A stretch of 64,000 nucleotides of DNA from an uncultured Thermodesulfobacteriota bacterium (GTDB lineage Bacteria > Desulfobacterota > GWC2-55-46 > JADFVP01), in the NCBI GenBank assembly GCA_964510775.1, contig CAZEBZ010000002.1:8447-72446 (forward strand), written 5' to 3'. Every line of letters starts with the position of its first letter. The stretch's first letter is position 1. Below are positions 9,481-20,821 of this stretch, piece after piece. A model generated the notes under the pieces. That model made no database searches, was not told the DNA's origin, and saw nothing but the letters and a program-made list of their open reading frames with translations. A program made the translations under genes and the position numbers.

Positions 9481-11067
9481 TTATATACTTAATTTTTTAA
9501 GCCTCATCTTCTCACTCTGAATATCAAAGGCCACCTTTGTACCAATAAGGGAGGTAAAGAGATTTGTAAGTATACCGAGACTTAGCGTCACGGCAAAGCC
9601 CTTTATCGGCCCCGAACCAAACTGAAAGAGGACAAAGGCAGTAATCAGCGTCGTTACATGAGAGTCAACGATAGTCCACCAGGCCCTGTCATACCCTGAA
9701 TTAATGGCCGAGCGCGGCGTATGCCCACCCTTGAGCTCCTCTTTTATCCTCTCGAAAATCAGGACGTTAGAGTCAACACCCATACCTATTGTAAGTATCA
9801 TGCCCGCTATGCCGGGCAGCGTCAGCGTGGCGTGAATCCATGCCATGGCGCCAAGGAGCATTATCATATTAAGGAATATGGCAAAGTCCGCGACAAGCCC
9901 CGATGCCCTGTAGTAGACAATCATAAAGAGCAGCACAAGGGCTCCGCCAAGCACGGCGGCGCGAAGGCCGGCTCTGATAGAGTCCGCTCCAAGGGTTGGC
10001 CCGACTGTAACGTTCTGAATTATCTTAACCGGCGCAGGCAGCGCTCCTGCACGAAGGACTATGGCAAGATCAACGGCCTCCTCGCGAGTAAAACCGCCGC
10101 TTATCTGCGCCCTGCCGCCTGCTATCGCCTCTCTTATAACAGGGGCCGAGTGTACGTTGCCGTCAAGGACAATGGCAAAGCGTCTGTCCACGTTCTCCGT
10201 AGTTACGCGCTCGAATATCTTAGCGCCAGTCGCGTCAAAGGTAAGTGAGACGTAGGGCTCGTTGAACTGCTGGTCAAAGGCCACACGGGCATCAGAGAGT
10301 GAGCTTCCCGAGAGGATAACATCTTTCTTGATAAGATAGGGCATCCTTACGGCGGGCTCTCCGTTAACGGATTTTCTAATCTGATAGAGTATCTCAGAAC
10401 CTGGCGGTACGCCCTCTGCGGCGGCCTTCTGCGGGCTCATAGACTCGTCAACAAGACGGAACTCCAGCACAGCCGTCTTTCCTATGAGATTTATGGCACG
10501 CTCTGTGTCCTTAAGGCCCGGCAGCTGTATGACTATCTCGCTCTTACCCTGCTTGTGTATAAGGGGTTCAGCTACGCCGAACTTGTCAATCCTGTTTCTT
10601 ATAGTCTCAAGTGCCTGCGAGTGCGCCCAGTCTTTTATCCGCTTAACCTCTGCTTCATCAAGGGAGTAGGAGAGCTCTTTGCCCGCCGTGCCTGACTCAG
10701 TAAAGACCTGCGCCTCGTCTTTTACGAGCTCTACAATCTGACGGCGCGTATTCTCATCAAAAAAACCAATGCTCATGCCGGAAATCCCCTTACGCTTTAC
10801 ATAGCGATAGGGTATGTTCTTTGTACGCAGCTCTCCCTCAATGGAATTTACAAGCCTCTGCGTATAACTCTCAACGGCCTTGTCCTTGTCTACATCAAGA
10901 ACAAGATGCATCCCCCCCTGCAGATCAAGTCCCAGTGTTATTTTCGGGATATTATCACTCCAGAAAGCCGGCAATAGACCCGATAGCGGCGTTGAGGGCA
11001 AAAATAGCGCTATAGCTACTATGGAAAATAAACCGAGTAAGATAAGTCGTACCAGTATACTCTTCAT
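9481..11067 (-). CDS. secD: Protein translocase subunit SecD
   Basis: 528 aa with a SecD N-terminal periplasmic domain and a C-terminal 6-TM bundle, in the conserved yajC-secD-secF order. Confidence 0.9.
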   Translation of the reverse strand: MKSILVRLILLGLFSIVAIALFLPSTPLSGLLPAFWSDNIPKITLGLDLQGGMHLVLDVDKDKAVESYTQRLVNSIEGELRTKNIPYRYVKRKGISGMSIGFFDENTRRQIVELVKDEAQVFTESGTAGKELSYSLDEAEVKRIKDWAHSQALETIRNRIDKFGVAEPLIHKQGKSEIVIQLPGLKDTERAINLIGKTAVLEFRLVDESMSPQKAAAEGVPPGSEILYQIRKSVNGEPAVRMPYLIKKDVILSGSSLSDARVAFDQQFNEPYVSLTFDATGAKIFERVTTENVDRRFAIVLDGNVHSAPVIREAIAGGRAQISGGFTREEAVDLAIVLRAGALPAPVKIIQNVTVGPTLGADSIRAGLRAAVLGGALVLLFMIVYYRASGLVADFAIFLNMIMLLGAMAWIHATLTLPGIAGMILTIGMGVDSNVLIFERIKEELKGGHTPRSAINSGYDRAWWTIVDSHVTTLITAFVLFQFGSGPIKGFAVTLSLGILTNLFTSLIGTKVAFDIQSEKMRLKKLSI

Positions 11068-11139
11068 ACAATAAGACCTGTCCTTAAAAGCCCCTTATCG
11101 GGCTGCTTTTCATAATCAAAATATGAGAAAAATATCCCC

Positions 11140-11466
11140 TTACTCTCCCTTGACCCTTCTCTTGGTGATGGCGCCTTTCTCTACCTTGACCCTCACGTTA
11201 TCGGCTATCTCAATGGTGATAACATCCTCGGAGACGCCGTATACCCTGCCGTGGAGCCCGCCTGTAGTAACAACAAAATCGCCCTTGGCCGTCTTGGAGA
11301 GCATCTCCTTATGGGCCTTGGCCCTCTTCTGCTGAGGCCGTATCATGAGAAAATAAAATATGGCAAAGAGTACTATAATAGGGGCGAAACTCATCATACC
11401 CCCGATTCCTCCCGCAGGCGCTGCGTCAGCGGCAAAGGCCACGGCAACCGGTGCTATAGTCAACAA
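11140..11466 (-). CDS. yajC: Preprotein translocase subunit YajC
   Basis: 108 aa. The segment FLMIRPQQKRAKAHKEMLSKTAKGDFVVTTGGLHGRV is a YajC signature. Confidence 0.85.
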   Translation of the reverse strand: MLTIAPVAVAFAADAAPAGGIGGMMSFAPIIVLFAIFYFLMIRPQQKRAKAHKEMLSKTAKGDFVVTTGGLHGRVYGVSEDVITIEIADNVRVKVEKGAITKRRVKGE

Positions 11467-11496
11467 TGTACATCCTCCTCGTGATTCGTTTAAAAT

Positions 11497-13685
<2,189 letters not shown>

Positions 13686-13736
13686 ATTCGATATATTATT
13701 AGCACAAGAATCAAGTATTGTATAACACAAGACCAC

Positions 13737-14150
13737 TTACTTTCTTTTAGAAACTTACTTTCTTTTAGAAAAAAGAAAGTAAGACAAAGAAAACCAATAT
13801 TAAATTTTACACATAAGCACTTAAAAACCAGCCTGCGCCACGCTTAAAAAAGTAAGACAAAGAAAACCAACGAGTATCAACGGGCCGCTAATTTAAATCT
13901 ATACAATGCACCAGAAATAGAAAAAAAGTAAAACAAAGATAACCAATGTTACAATTCGCACATAAGCACTTAAAAACCAGCCTGCGTCACGCTTAAAAAA
14001 GTAAGACAAAGAAAACCAACGAGTGTCAACGGGCCGCTAATTTAAAGCACTACACTAATACCCCAGACATAGAAAAAAGAAAGTAGGATAAAAAACCCAA
14101 AAATATTAACTATCGCTAATTTAAACCTGCAACGATACCCCAGGTACCGA
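13737..14150. repeat. Structured AT-rich tandem repeat: a 13-bp perfect inverted repeat followed by about 5 units of roughly 73 bp alternating between two types and sharing a 21-nt box AAGTAAGACAAAGAAAACCAA
   Basis: Two near-identical ~150-bp copies differ at 2-3 positions (about 13810-13905 vs 13950-14045). The 21-nt box recurs at about 13779, 13848, 13926, 13999 and 14077 in degenerate form. GCTAATTTAAA recurs three times. The hairpin CTTACTTTCTTTT-AGAA-AAAAGAAAGTAAG lies at 13756-13785. Confidence 0.8.
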
Positions 14151-14157
14151 TTCTCAC

Positions 14158-15366
14158 TTAAAAAGACTTCTTTAGCCTCGCCCCGGGGTAATAATGGCGA
14201 AGGATCTCTCTGTAGGAAGCCCCTGCCTCGGCCATTCCCCGCGCGCCCCACTGCGACATTCCCACGCCGTGGCCAGAGCCGCGGCCCTTAAAGATAAAGA
14301 GCCCGCCATCACGCCTTATGGTAAAGACCGCGCTTCGAAGTATTGAGTACCCTATGATGCGTCTAAGCTCCTCGCCTCTAATAGTCAGGCTCCTGCCGCT
14401 CTTATCAGTAAACCTCACGCCTCGCACCCTGCCGCCTGATGTGAGGTCCTCCGCAACAACCCTTCGGAGAGCCCCAATCCTAAGGCCCTCACCGCGCAGG
14501 ACCCTCGTAAAGATAGGCGCAGGCAGGGCAAAATCCCATCTGTAGCGCGGGTCCGCGTCACCGTCGTGAGGGCTTGGGACGGACCTCAGGTATGGATACT
14601 CATTCGCCCCGCCGCCTCTCCATATATCACTTGCCGCGTCAGTACGCCCGCCTCCGTTGGAGTGATAGACAGTAAGGGCAGGAGCGCCGTTATAAAAAAG
14701 AACCTCGCCGCGGCACTCTCTTACGGCCTCTAAAGAGGCGGCATCCTCAGAGGCGGCGCCGCGGTAGACCTGCCCCGCTACTGTACCCTCTATATCAAAA
14801 GGGCCCGGCGCGGCACGCTCCATGCGGTACAGGACATAAGTCCTCGCCGCAACGGCCTGGGCCTTAACGGCCTCACGGGGCCAGGCAGATGAGATCTCGT
14901 AATTAATTATACCCGCTACGTAATCTTCTATAGCAAGCCTGTTTACAACAAGAAGCCCCATTGAGGACGCGGCATCGGCATAAAGCACAAGTACGCCCCT
15001 GTATGGCCTCTTGTTAAGGTATATAAACTCGCCGGGTCTGGCGGTAAGGGTCAGAGGAAGAGACCTCTCACTATTATTTAAGAAGACCCTGTCTCTTCCG
15101 GCGAGCCTGCGTATAACGAGTTCACCGCCGTCAAGGCTCGCCCGACCGCCTCTTACCGCGCCCCTTACAGTAAGAACATCGGCCCCTCGAAGTACAAGGA
15201 CACGAATGTCTTTGCCTGCCTCTGCGCCGCGAGGCGCGAGCGTAAGGGCAAAGAAAGACATAAGCAAGATAAGAAAAATTTTTTTCCTATTCATGGACAA
15301 AATAGACAGATAAGACGCGCCAGCCGCAGTAGAGACTCCATCAGTCAGGACGGCAGTGATTAACAC
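14158..15366 (-). CDS. SpoIID/LytB-domain protein (peptidoglycan lytic transglycosylase / amidase enhancer family)
   Basis: 402 aa with a signal peptide. SpoIID signature blocks are present (AIEDYVAGIINYEISSAWPREAVKAQAVAARTY and VYHSNGGGRTD). Confidence 0.75.
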   Translation of the reverse strand: MLITAVLTDGVSTAAGASYLSILSMNRKKIFLILLMSFFALTLAPRGAEAGKDIRVLVLRGADVLTVRGAVRGGRASLDGGELVIRRLAGRDRVFLNNSERSLPLTLTARPGEFIYLNKRPYRGVLVLYADAASSMGLLVVNRLAIEDYVAGIINYEISSAWPREAVKAQAVAARTYVLYRMERAAPGPFDIEGTVAGQVYRGAASEDAASLEAVRECRGEVLFYNGAPALTVYHSNGGGRTDAASDIWRGGGANEYPYLRSVPSPHDGDADPRYRWDFALPAPIFTRVLRGEGLRIGALRRVVAEDLTSGGRVRGVRFTDKSGRSLTIRGEELRRIIGYSILRSAVFTIRRDGGLFIFKGRGSGHGVGMSQWGARGMAEAGASYREILRHYYPGARLKKSF

Positions 15367-15725
15367 CTGCAGAGCTCTCGAAGATAGTCCTTTAGCTCCT
15401 CTATCTCTTTATCAGACAATGTCTTACCAAAGGCAGGCATGAGCGTAGACTTGCTTGTAGCAGCGCCGCCGCTGTGTATGACGTCTATTATCTCTTCGTC
15501 AGTGAGCTTTTTCATCTCATAGGCGCTGCTGTGGTCGCGAGGTTCAACGGGCTGACTCTCAGTAGCATTGGGGCCGTCACCACGCCCCTCAAGGCCGTGG
15601 CACTGGGCGCAGTAAAAGGCGTAATTGTCCGGCGCCGAGGCGCCGATTGCGGAGGATGTCAACAAGACAGATAACATCATCGGCATAAAAAAAATAATAG
15701 AGGAAAAAACTTTTTTTCTCACCAC
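15360..15725 (-). CDS. Monoheme class I c-type cytochrome
   Basis: 121 aa with a signal peptide, a single CAQCH heme-binding motif, and a distal Met context (TLMPAFG). Confidence 0.7.
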   Translation of the reverse strand: MVRKKVFSSIIFFMPMMLSVLLTSSAIGASAPDNYAFYCAQCHGLEGRGDGPNATESQPVEPRDHSSAYEMKKLTDEEIIDVIHSGGAATSKSTLMPAFGKTLSDKEIEELKDYLRELCRC

Positions 15726-15747
15726 TTACACTCCGCGGTTTTTTCTA

Positions 15748-16416
15748 TTACTTAAGGGCCGATACATAAGATGCAAGGGCCTTCATCTGCGCCTCTGTTG
15801 CCAAACCCTCATATACAGGCATCCTGCTTACAGGGGTAAATGCCCGCTGATTCCTAAGATAGGCGTATACCCACTGCGGGTTCAATCTATCACGTGTGCC
15901 CTCAAGAGAGGGCCCCGATAGCCCGCCGGCGAGAGAGCCGCGCACATTAACGAGATGACAGCCGTAACAGGCGAACTTCTTAATAAAGGAAATCCTTCCC
16001 CTTACATTTACACCGGGACGTATACCCGCCTCAGGGACAAGCCCCTCGGCCTTAAGGCTCATGAGATAAGAGGCTACGGATTTTGCCATACCTGCCTCAA
16101 GGCGGGGGTGGTCGGCGCTATTCTTTTTTTCAAGAGAATTATAGGCCAGCGGCCTTATGGGCAGAGGATTAGCGAGCCAGCGCTCCAAAAAACCCTCTCT
16201 GAACTTGCTTCCCGCGTACCATAAATCAGGGCCTTTCTTAGCGAGTACGGCAGCGCGACTAAGCTTACCAGAAGGCCTCTCTACGCTGTGACAGCTGCCG
16301 CAGCCCTTTGCGGTAAAGGCCTTGCCCCCCATAGACTCTGAAGAACGCGCCGCAGAGGGAGATAAAAAAACGGACAATATGATTATGAGAAAGAAAGAAA
16401 CAGCAGTGGTTTTCAT
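15748..16416 (-). CDS. Diheme c-type cytochrome
   Basis: 222 aa with a signal peptide and two CxxCH motifs (CGSCH and CYGCH). Confidence 0.7.
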   Translation of the reverse strand: MKTTAVSFFLIIILSVFLSPSAARSSESMGGKAFTAKGCGSCHSVERPSGKLSRAAVLAKKGPDLWYAGSKFREGFLERWLANPLPIRPLAYNSLEKKNSADHPRLEAGMAKSVASYLMSLKAEGLVPEAGIRPGVNVRGRISFIKKFACYGCHLVNVRGSLAGGLSGPSLEGTRDRLNPQWVYAYLRNQRAFTPVSRMPVYEGLATEAQMKALASYVSALK

Positions 16417-16567
16417 ATCTTGATCAGTATAGTATTTTGTAAATTAACAGAACATTATAAGAGGGTAATCACAACAATCAAATACGGCGTTTCACAGGGC
16501 ATAACATATGCCTTCCCCCACATCACACCCCCATCAGCCCCCTATCTGCCCCCTCCTCACCCATGCC

Positions 16568-18130
16568 TCAGAGTATCTCGAACCTGTCTTGCTGAAACCT
16601 CTCCACAGCTACTATTGTTACTTTTTTTCCAAATTTATCCTCAAGATCCCCTAAGATGGCCGGTGTATCTTGCAGGCGCTCGGCGATAAGGGGGCTGCAG
16701 TAGAGCGTAGGCGTCTTTTTATCACAAAAATCTCTCATAAGAGACCTGTAAATATCCATCATTACCGTATGCTCGGACTTTATAAAACCAACGCCCTCAC
16801 AGGTGGGGCATGTCTTGCAGAGGGACTGTATAAGATTATTACGAAGACGCTTTCGCGTCATCTCCACAATCCCAAGGTCTGAGATGCGAAGTATATTCGT
16901 ACGGGCGCGGTCGGCTTTAAGGGCCTCGCGAAGGGCATTATATACCTTGTCTCTATCAGGGGCCTTTGCCATGTCAATAAAATCAATGACGATAATACCG
17001 CCGATATTGCGAAGCCTCAAGTTTCTTACAACAACATCTACGGCCTCAAGGTTGGTCTTGACTATCGTATGCTCGGAGTCCTTCCTGCCTACGTACTTAC
17101 CGGTATTTACGTCTATGGCCGTGAGGGCCTCCATCTGGTCTATTATAAGAAAACCGCCAGAGCGGAGCCATATCTTATTCTCAAGTGCGCCGTCAATCTC
17201 AATCTCAATGCCGTAACGCTCGAAAACACCCTCAGACCCCTCATAACGCTCCAGCTTTTTCACCAGAGCAGGCATAACCTCTCTTGTAAAGTTTCTTACC
17301 TTCTCAAACTCATCTTCTCTATCAAGAACAAGCCTCTTAACACTTGATGAGAACTTATCTCTCGCCGTCCTGAGGCTAAGGTCAAGCTCCTCGTGTAGAA
17401 GAGAGGGCGTTGGAGCCGTATCTTTTTTTTCGTCAATAGACCTCCAGAGCCTTACAAGATAGTCCATATCAGACTTCAGATCCGCCTCGGAGGCGCCCTC
17501 GCAGACCGTCCTTATGATAAAACCATAACCATCAGGACGCATGCCCTGCACTATCTTCTTAAGGCGGCGCCGCTCTCTGTCGCTGGAAATTCGCCTTGAT
17601 ACGGCCACCCTGTCATAGGAGGGCATAAATACGAGATACCTGCCGGCAAGTGAGATATAGGAGGAAACCCTCGCCCCTTTGCTGCCCATTGGCTCTTTCG
17701 TAACCTGAACGACTATGTCCTGGCCGTCTTTTAATATATCCTGTATCCTGAGGGTCTTGTACCTGCCCTTTGCGCCGCCACGACCACCGCCGCGGCCGCC
17801 TCTCCCCCCGCCTGCCCTGCCCTTGCCCTTAGCCCTGTCATCACCGCTATTATCAGGGAGGCTGTCCTCGGCCTGATCATCAACGTCGTCAAGGGTCTCC
17901 TGAATATCAGAGACATGAAGAAAGGCGGTGCGCGCAAGGCCCACGTTAATAAAGGCGGACTGCATACCGGGCAGAACCCTTGCGACCCTGCCCTTGTAGA
18001 CATTGCCAGTCACCTTACGGCCCTCGGGACGCTCTACATAAAGCTCGGCGAGGGAGCCGTTCTCAGTAATAGCCACCCTCGTCTCAAAGGGGTTGGAATT
18101 TACGAATATTTCTATCTTTTTTTCTCTCAT
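16568..18130 (-). CDS. rng: Ribonuclease G/E family endoribonuclease (Rng/CafA)
   Basis: The N-terminal S1 domain is followed by the RNase E/G catalytic core (DHH-like, zinc-link CKTCPTCEG). The start is placed at the internal Met of MREKKIEIF. The protein contains a Gly/Arg-rich insert. Confidence 0.85.
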   Translation of the reverse strand: MREKKIEIFVNSNPFETRVAITENGSLAELYVERPEGRKVTGNVYKGRVARVLPGMQSAFINVGLARTAFLHVSDIQETLDDVDDQAEDSLPDNSGDDRAKGKGRAGGGRGGRGGGRGGAKGRYKTLRIQDILKDGQDIVVQVTKEPMGSKGARVSSYISLAGRYLVFMPSYDRVAVSRRISSDRERRRLKKIVQGMRPDGYGFIIRTVCEGASEADLKSDMDYLVRLWRSIDEKKDTAPTPSLLHEELDLSLRTARDKFSSSVKRLVLDREDEFEKVRNFTREVMPALVKKLERYEGSEGVFERYGIEIEIDGALENKIWLRSGGFLIIDQMEALTAIDVNTGKYVGRKDSEHTIVKTNLEAVDVVVRNLRLRNIGGIIVIDFIDMAKAPDRDKVYNALREALKADRARTNILRISDLGIVEMTRKRLRNNLIQSLCKTCPTCEGVGFIKSEHTVMMDIYRSLMRDFCDKKTPTLYCSPLIAERLQDTPAILGDLEDKFGKKVTIVAVERFQQDRFEIL

Positions 18131-18239
18131 TTTCACCTTATGGCAGAGTATTACCTGCAATACAGAGGCAATGGTCTACTACGGAGCAAAGGCCGCAGTA
18201 GAGTGCCGCTAATAATAAAAAAGCGCGCAAACGCCTTAT

Positions 18240-20789
18240 CTATCGAGAGGATCTTGTCTTGAGGATGGGTATTAGAGAGGCTTCCGGCAAGGGGATATGG
18301 AAGACATGGAGAAGCACATCACAAGGCCTTATAGCCGGCCCGTCGCCGCGCGCAAGGACAAGCCTCACCTGCAGGCCCTTTATACGCTCTAACTCAGCGA
18401 CTTGTTCCTTAATGTCTACTTCTCTTAATTTCTCGCCTTTTTTAATTATCGCCGGAAATGTACCACTTGAATCAAAATCTTTTATATACCCATCGATCCT
18501 ATCGGAATCAATATAAAAACCACGGAGGGACTCTTCAAAATTTAAGAGATACTCATTTTTTTCTATCATATCAGAGCCAGACCCAAGTTTCAAGGCCTCT
18601 CTCTCATTACAGGCCTCGAAGAACTTGAGGCCAAGGGGAGAGTTTCTGTTCAGCACGGCGATAATATCAGAGGTGGGAATAGGCGCGCCGAGAAGGGTTA
18701 TCTCCATGAATTCAACAAGACTCTCCGTGCCAAGAGGCAGGGGCGGAGAAAAGCTCAGCTTTGGCATGGGATGAAAGCCTGATGAGTACTTCACCTTAAA
18801 TTCCGCGCGCCTTATAAGGCGTTTTATGACATTGGCCAGCTCAAGGTGGCCTAAAAACCTCAGATCGCCCTGCTTTGAGAACCTAAGCCTCACCTTGTAT
18901 GACGGCAGATTCTCACGCACCCTCACAGAAGCCGCCTCGGGCACGGGAGTATCTGTAATGATGTTTTTTACGGCCTTATGGTCGCATACTCCGCAGACCG
19001 TACAGGCCGAGTCGCGGCAATCAGGCGTCTGCTCGGCAAGTATGGCTTTTTCGTACTGTGCCCGCAAAAACCCCTTGTCCACGCCCATTGATAGATGCTC
19101 CCAGGGCAGTATCTCAGAGAATTCACGCCTTCTCGATGTATAAAAGTCCGCGCTAATACACTCTTCATCGAGGGCCTGCTCCCAGAGGGTATAGTTGAAC
19201 TTCTCACCCCAGCCGTCAAACCTGCAGCCCTTCTCATAAGCCCGCAGAATTACCGGTGCGAGCCTGCGGTCGCCTCGGGCAAAGATACCCTCCAGTTTAC
19301 TCATAAGAGGGTCGTGCCACTTAAAATCAATGCTCTGCCCGCGAAGCCGCTTTCGCAAGATTCCCTGCAGACGCCGCAGCTCATCAGGTGCGGCTTGGGG
19401 CTCCCACTGAAATGGAGTAAAGGGTTTTGGGATAAAAGAAGAGACAGAGACACTTATGCGCGGGCCTCCCCTCCCGCCCCTTGCCGCGGCCTTTGCCGCC
19501 CTCTTAACACGGCCTGCAAGCTCGGCTATCTCCAGCACGTCTTCTTCTGTCTCCGTAGGCAGGCCTATCATAAAATAGAGCTTAACAGACTTCCAACCAA
19601 GGGCGAATATCTCACTAACGGCGCGAAGCAGGTCTTCTTCTGTAATGCCCTTATTAATCACATAACGAAGCCTCTCAGAGCCTGCCTCAGGTGCAAGGGT
19701 AAAACCTGTCTTTCTGACTTTTTTTATCTCCGCGGCAAGAGCCGTACCAAGGGTTCCCACACGGAGCGAGGGCAGCGACAGCGCGATTCTATCATGGACA
19801 AAATCCTTCATAAGCCCCTGCATAAGGGGCTCAATGGCGCTGTAATCACCTGCGCTGAGGCTAAGAAGAGAGACATCATCATAACCCGTATTCGCCAGGG
19901 CCTCTCTTATAATCTCCATAACCACGGCAGGAGAGCGCTCCCTTATGGGCCTGTAAATCATACCCGCCTGACAGAACCTGCACCCCCGTGTACAGCCGCG
20001 GTTTATCTCCACTGTCACACGGTCGTGAATAGTCTCCGTAAAGGGCACAATGGGCCTTACAGGCCTGCTGCTATCCATGTCCATGACTATCCTTCTCTCA
20101 AGAGGGGCGAACTCGGGGTGATGCGGAGTTATCTCTCTTACCCTCTTGTCCTCATTATAGGAGACCTCAAAGAATGCGGGCACATAGACGCCCTTTACCC
20201 CCGCGAGGGCCTTAAGTATATCGCCACGCTTATCACCTCTTTTTCGGCCCTCCAAAACCACAAGGGCCATCTCAAGGGCCGCCTCCTCGCCGTCTCCAAG
20301 TAAGAAGGCATCAAAAAAGGCCGCTACAGGCTCGGGGTTGCACGTAAGGGGGCCGCCTCCAAAGACAAAAGGGGTAGACTCGTCCCTATCAGCGGCTAAA
20401 AAGGGCACGCCGCCAAGCTCAAGCATCATAAGGACATTTGTATAAGAGAGCTCGTACTGAAGAGAGAAGCCGATGATATGAGAGGCAGATAGGGGCAGCC
20501 CCGACTCAAGCGTGGTAAGGGGAATACTCTTCTCACGCAGCAGGGCCTCCATATCCGTCCAGGGGGCAAAGACACGCTCGCAGGCAATATCGTCGCAGCT
20601 GTTAAGCCCCTGATAGAGTATCTGCATACCAAGATGGCTCATACCAACCTCGTAGCTGTCAGGAAATGCCAATGCGTACCTCAGCGCCACTGTATTGAGG
20701 TCTTTCTTAACTGAGTTGACCTCGCCGCCTATATACCTTGAGGGCCGCCTCACAAGGGGCAGGAATTTTTTAATATCAATATTTTCCAT
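18240..20789 (-). CDS. B12-binding-domain radical SAM protein (TIGR03960-like) fused to a C-terminal DUF2344/TIGR03936-like domain
   Basis: 849 aa. The radical SAM motif is CTRGCRFC (Cx3Cx2C), preceded by a B12-binding-like N-terminal region. The C-terminal roughly 250 aa resemble the radical-SAM-associated DUF2344 protein that usually accompanies this family next to rng. The family names are assigned from memory only. Confidence 0.65.
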   Translation of the reverse strand: MENIDIKKFLPLVRRPSRYIGGEVNSVKKDLNTVALRYALAFPDSYEVGMSHLGMQILYQGLNSCDDIACERVFAPWTDMEALLREKSIPLTTLESGLPLSASHIIGFSLQYELSYTNVLMMLELGGVPFLAADRDESTPFVFGGGPLTCNPEPVAAFFDAFLLGDGEEAALEMALVVLEGRKRGDKRGDILKALAGVKGVYVPAFFEVSYNEDKRVREITPHHPEFAPLERRIVMDMDSSRPVRPIVPFTETIHDRVTVEINRGCTRGCRFCQAGMIYRPIRERSPAVVMEIIREALANTGYDDVSLLSLSAGDYSAIEPLMQGLMKDFVHDRIALSLPSLRVGTLGTALAAEIKKVRKTGFTLAPEAGSERLRYVINKGITEEDLLRAVSEIFALGWKSVKLYFMIGLPTETEEDVLEIAELAGRVKRAAKAAARGGRGGPRISVSVSSFIPKPFTPFQWEPQAAPDELRRLQGILRKRLRGQSIDFKWHDPLMSKLEGIFARGDRRLAPVILRAYEKGCRFDGWGEKFNYTLWEQALDEECISADFYTSRRREFSEILPWEHLSMGVDKGFLRAQYEKAILAEQTPDCRDSACTVCGVCDHKAVKNIITDTPVPEAASVRVRENLPSYKVRLRFSKQGDLRFLGHLELANVIKRLIRRAEFKVKYSSGFHPMPKLSFSPPLPLGTESLVEFMEITLLGAPIPTSDIIAVLNRNSPLGLKFFEACNEREALKLGSGSDMIEKNEYLLNFEESLRGFYIDSDRIDGYIKDFDSSGTFPAIIKKGEKLREVDIKEQVAELERIKGLQVRLVLARGDGPAIRPCDVLLHVFHIPLPEASLIPILKTRSSR

Positions 20790-20821
20790 CTGCTCTTAAC
20801 AATCTCCTTCTTTATACTCTC

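Noticed and set aside
13737-14150. Possible CRISPR array, suggested by regularly spaced ~21-nt boxes separated by ~50-nt segments
   Set aside because: The inter-box segments are themselves repeated (A-type and B-type units recur nearly identically), the boxes are degenerate, and no cas genes lie nearby. This is a tandem repeat, not a repeat-spacer array.
19095-20303. 402-aa plus-strand ORF
   Set aside because: It lies entirely antisense to the well-supported radical SAM gene (18240-20789). It has an Arg/Leu/Pro-rich composition typical of an antisense frame in GC-rich coding DNA, with no recognisable motifs.
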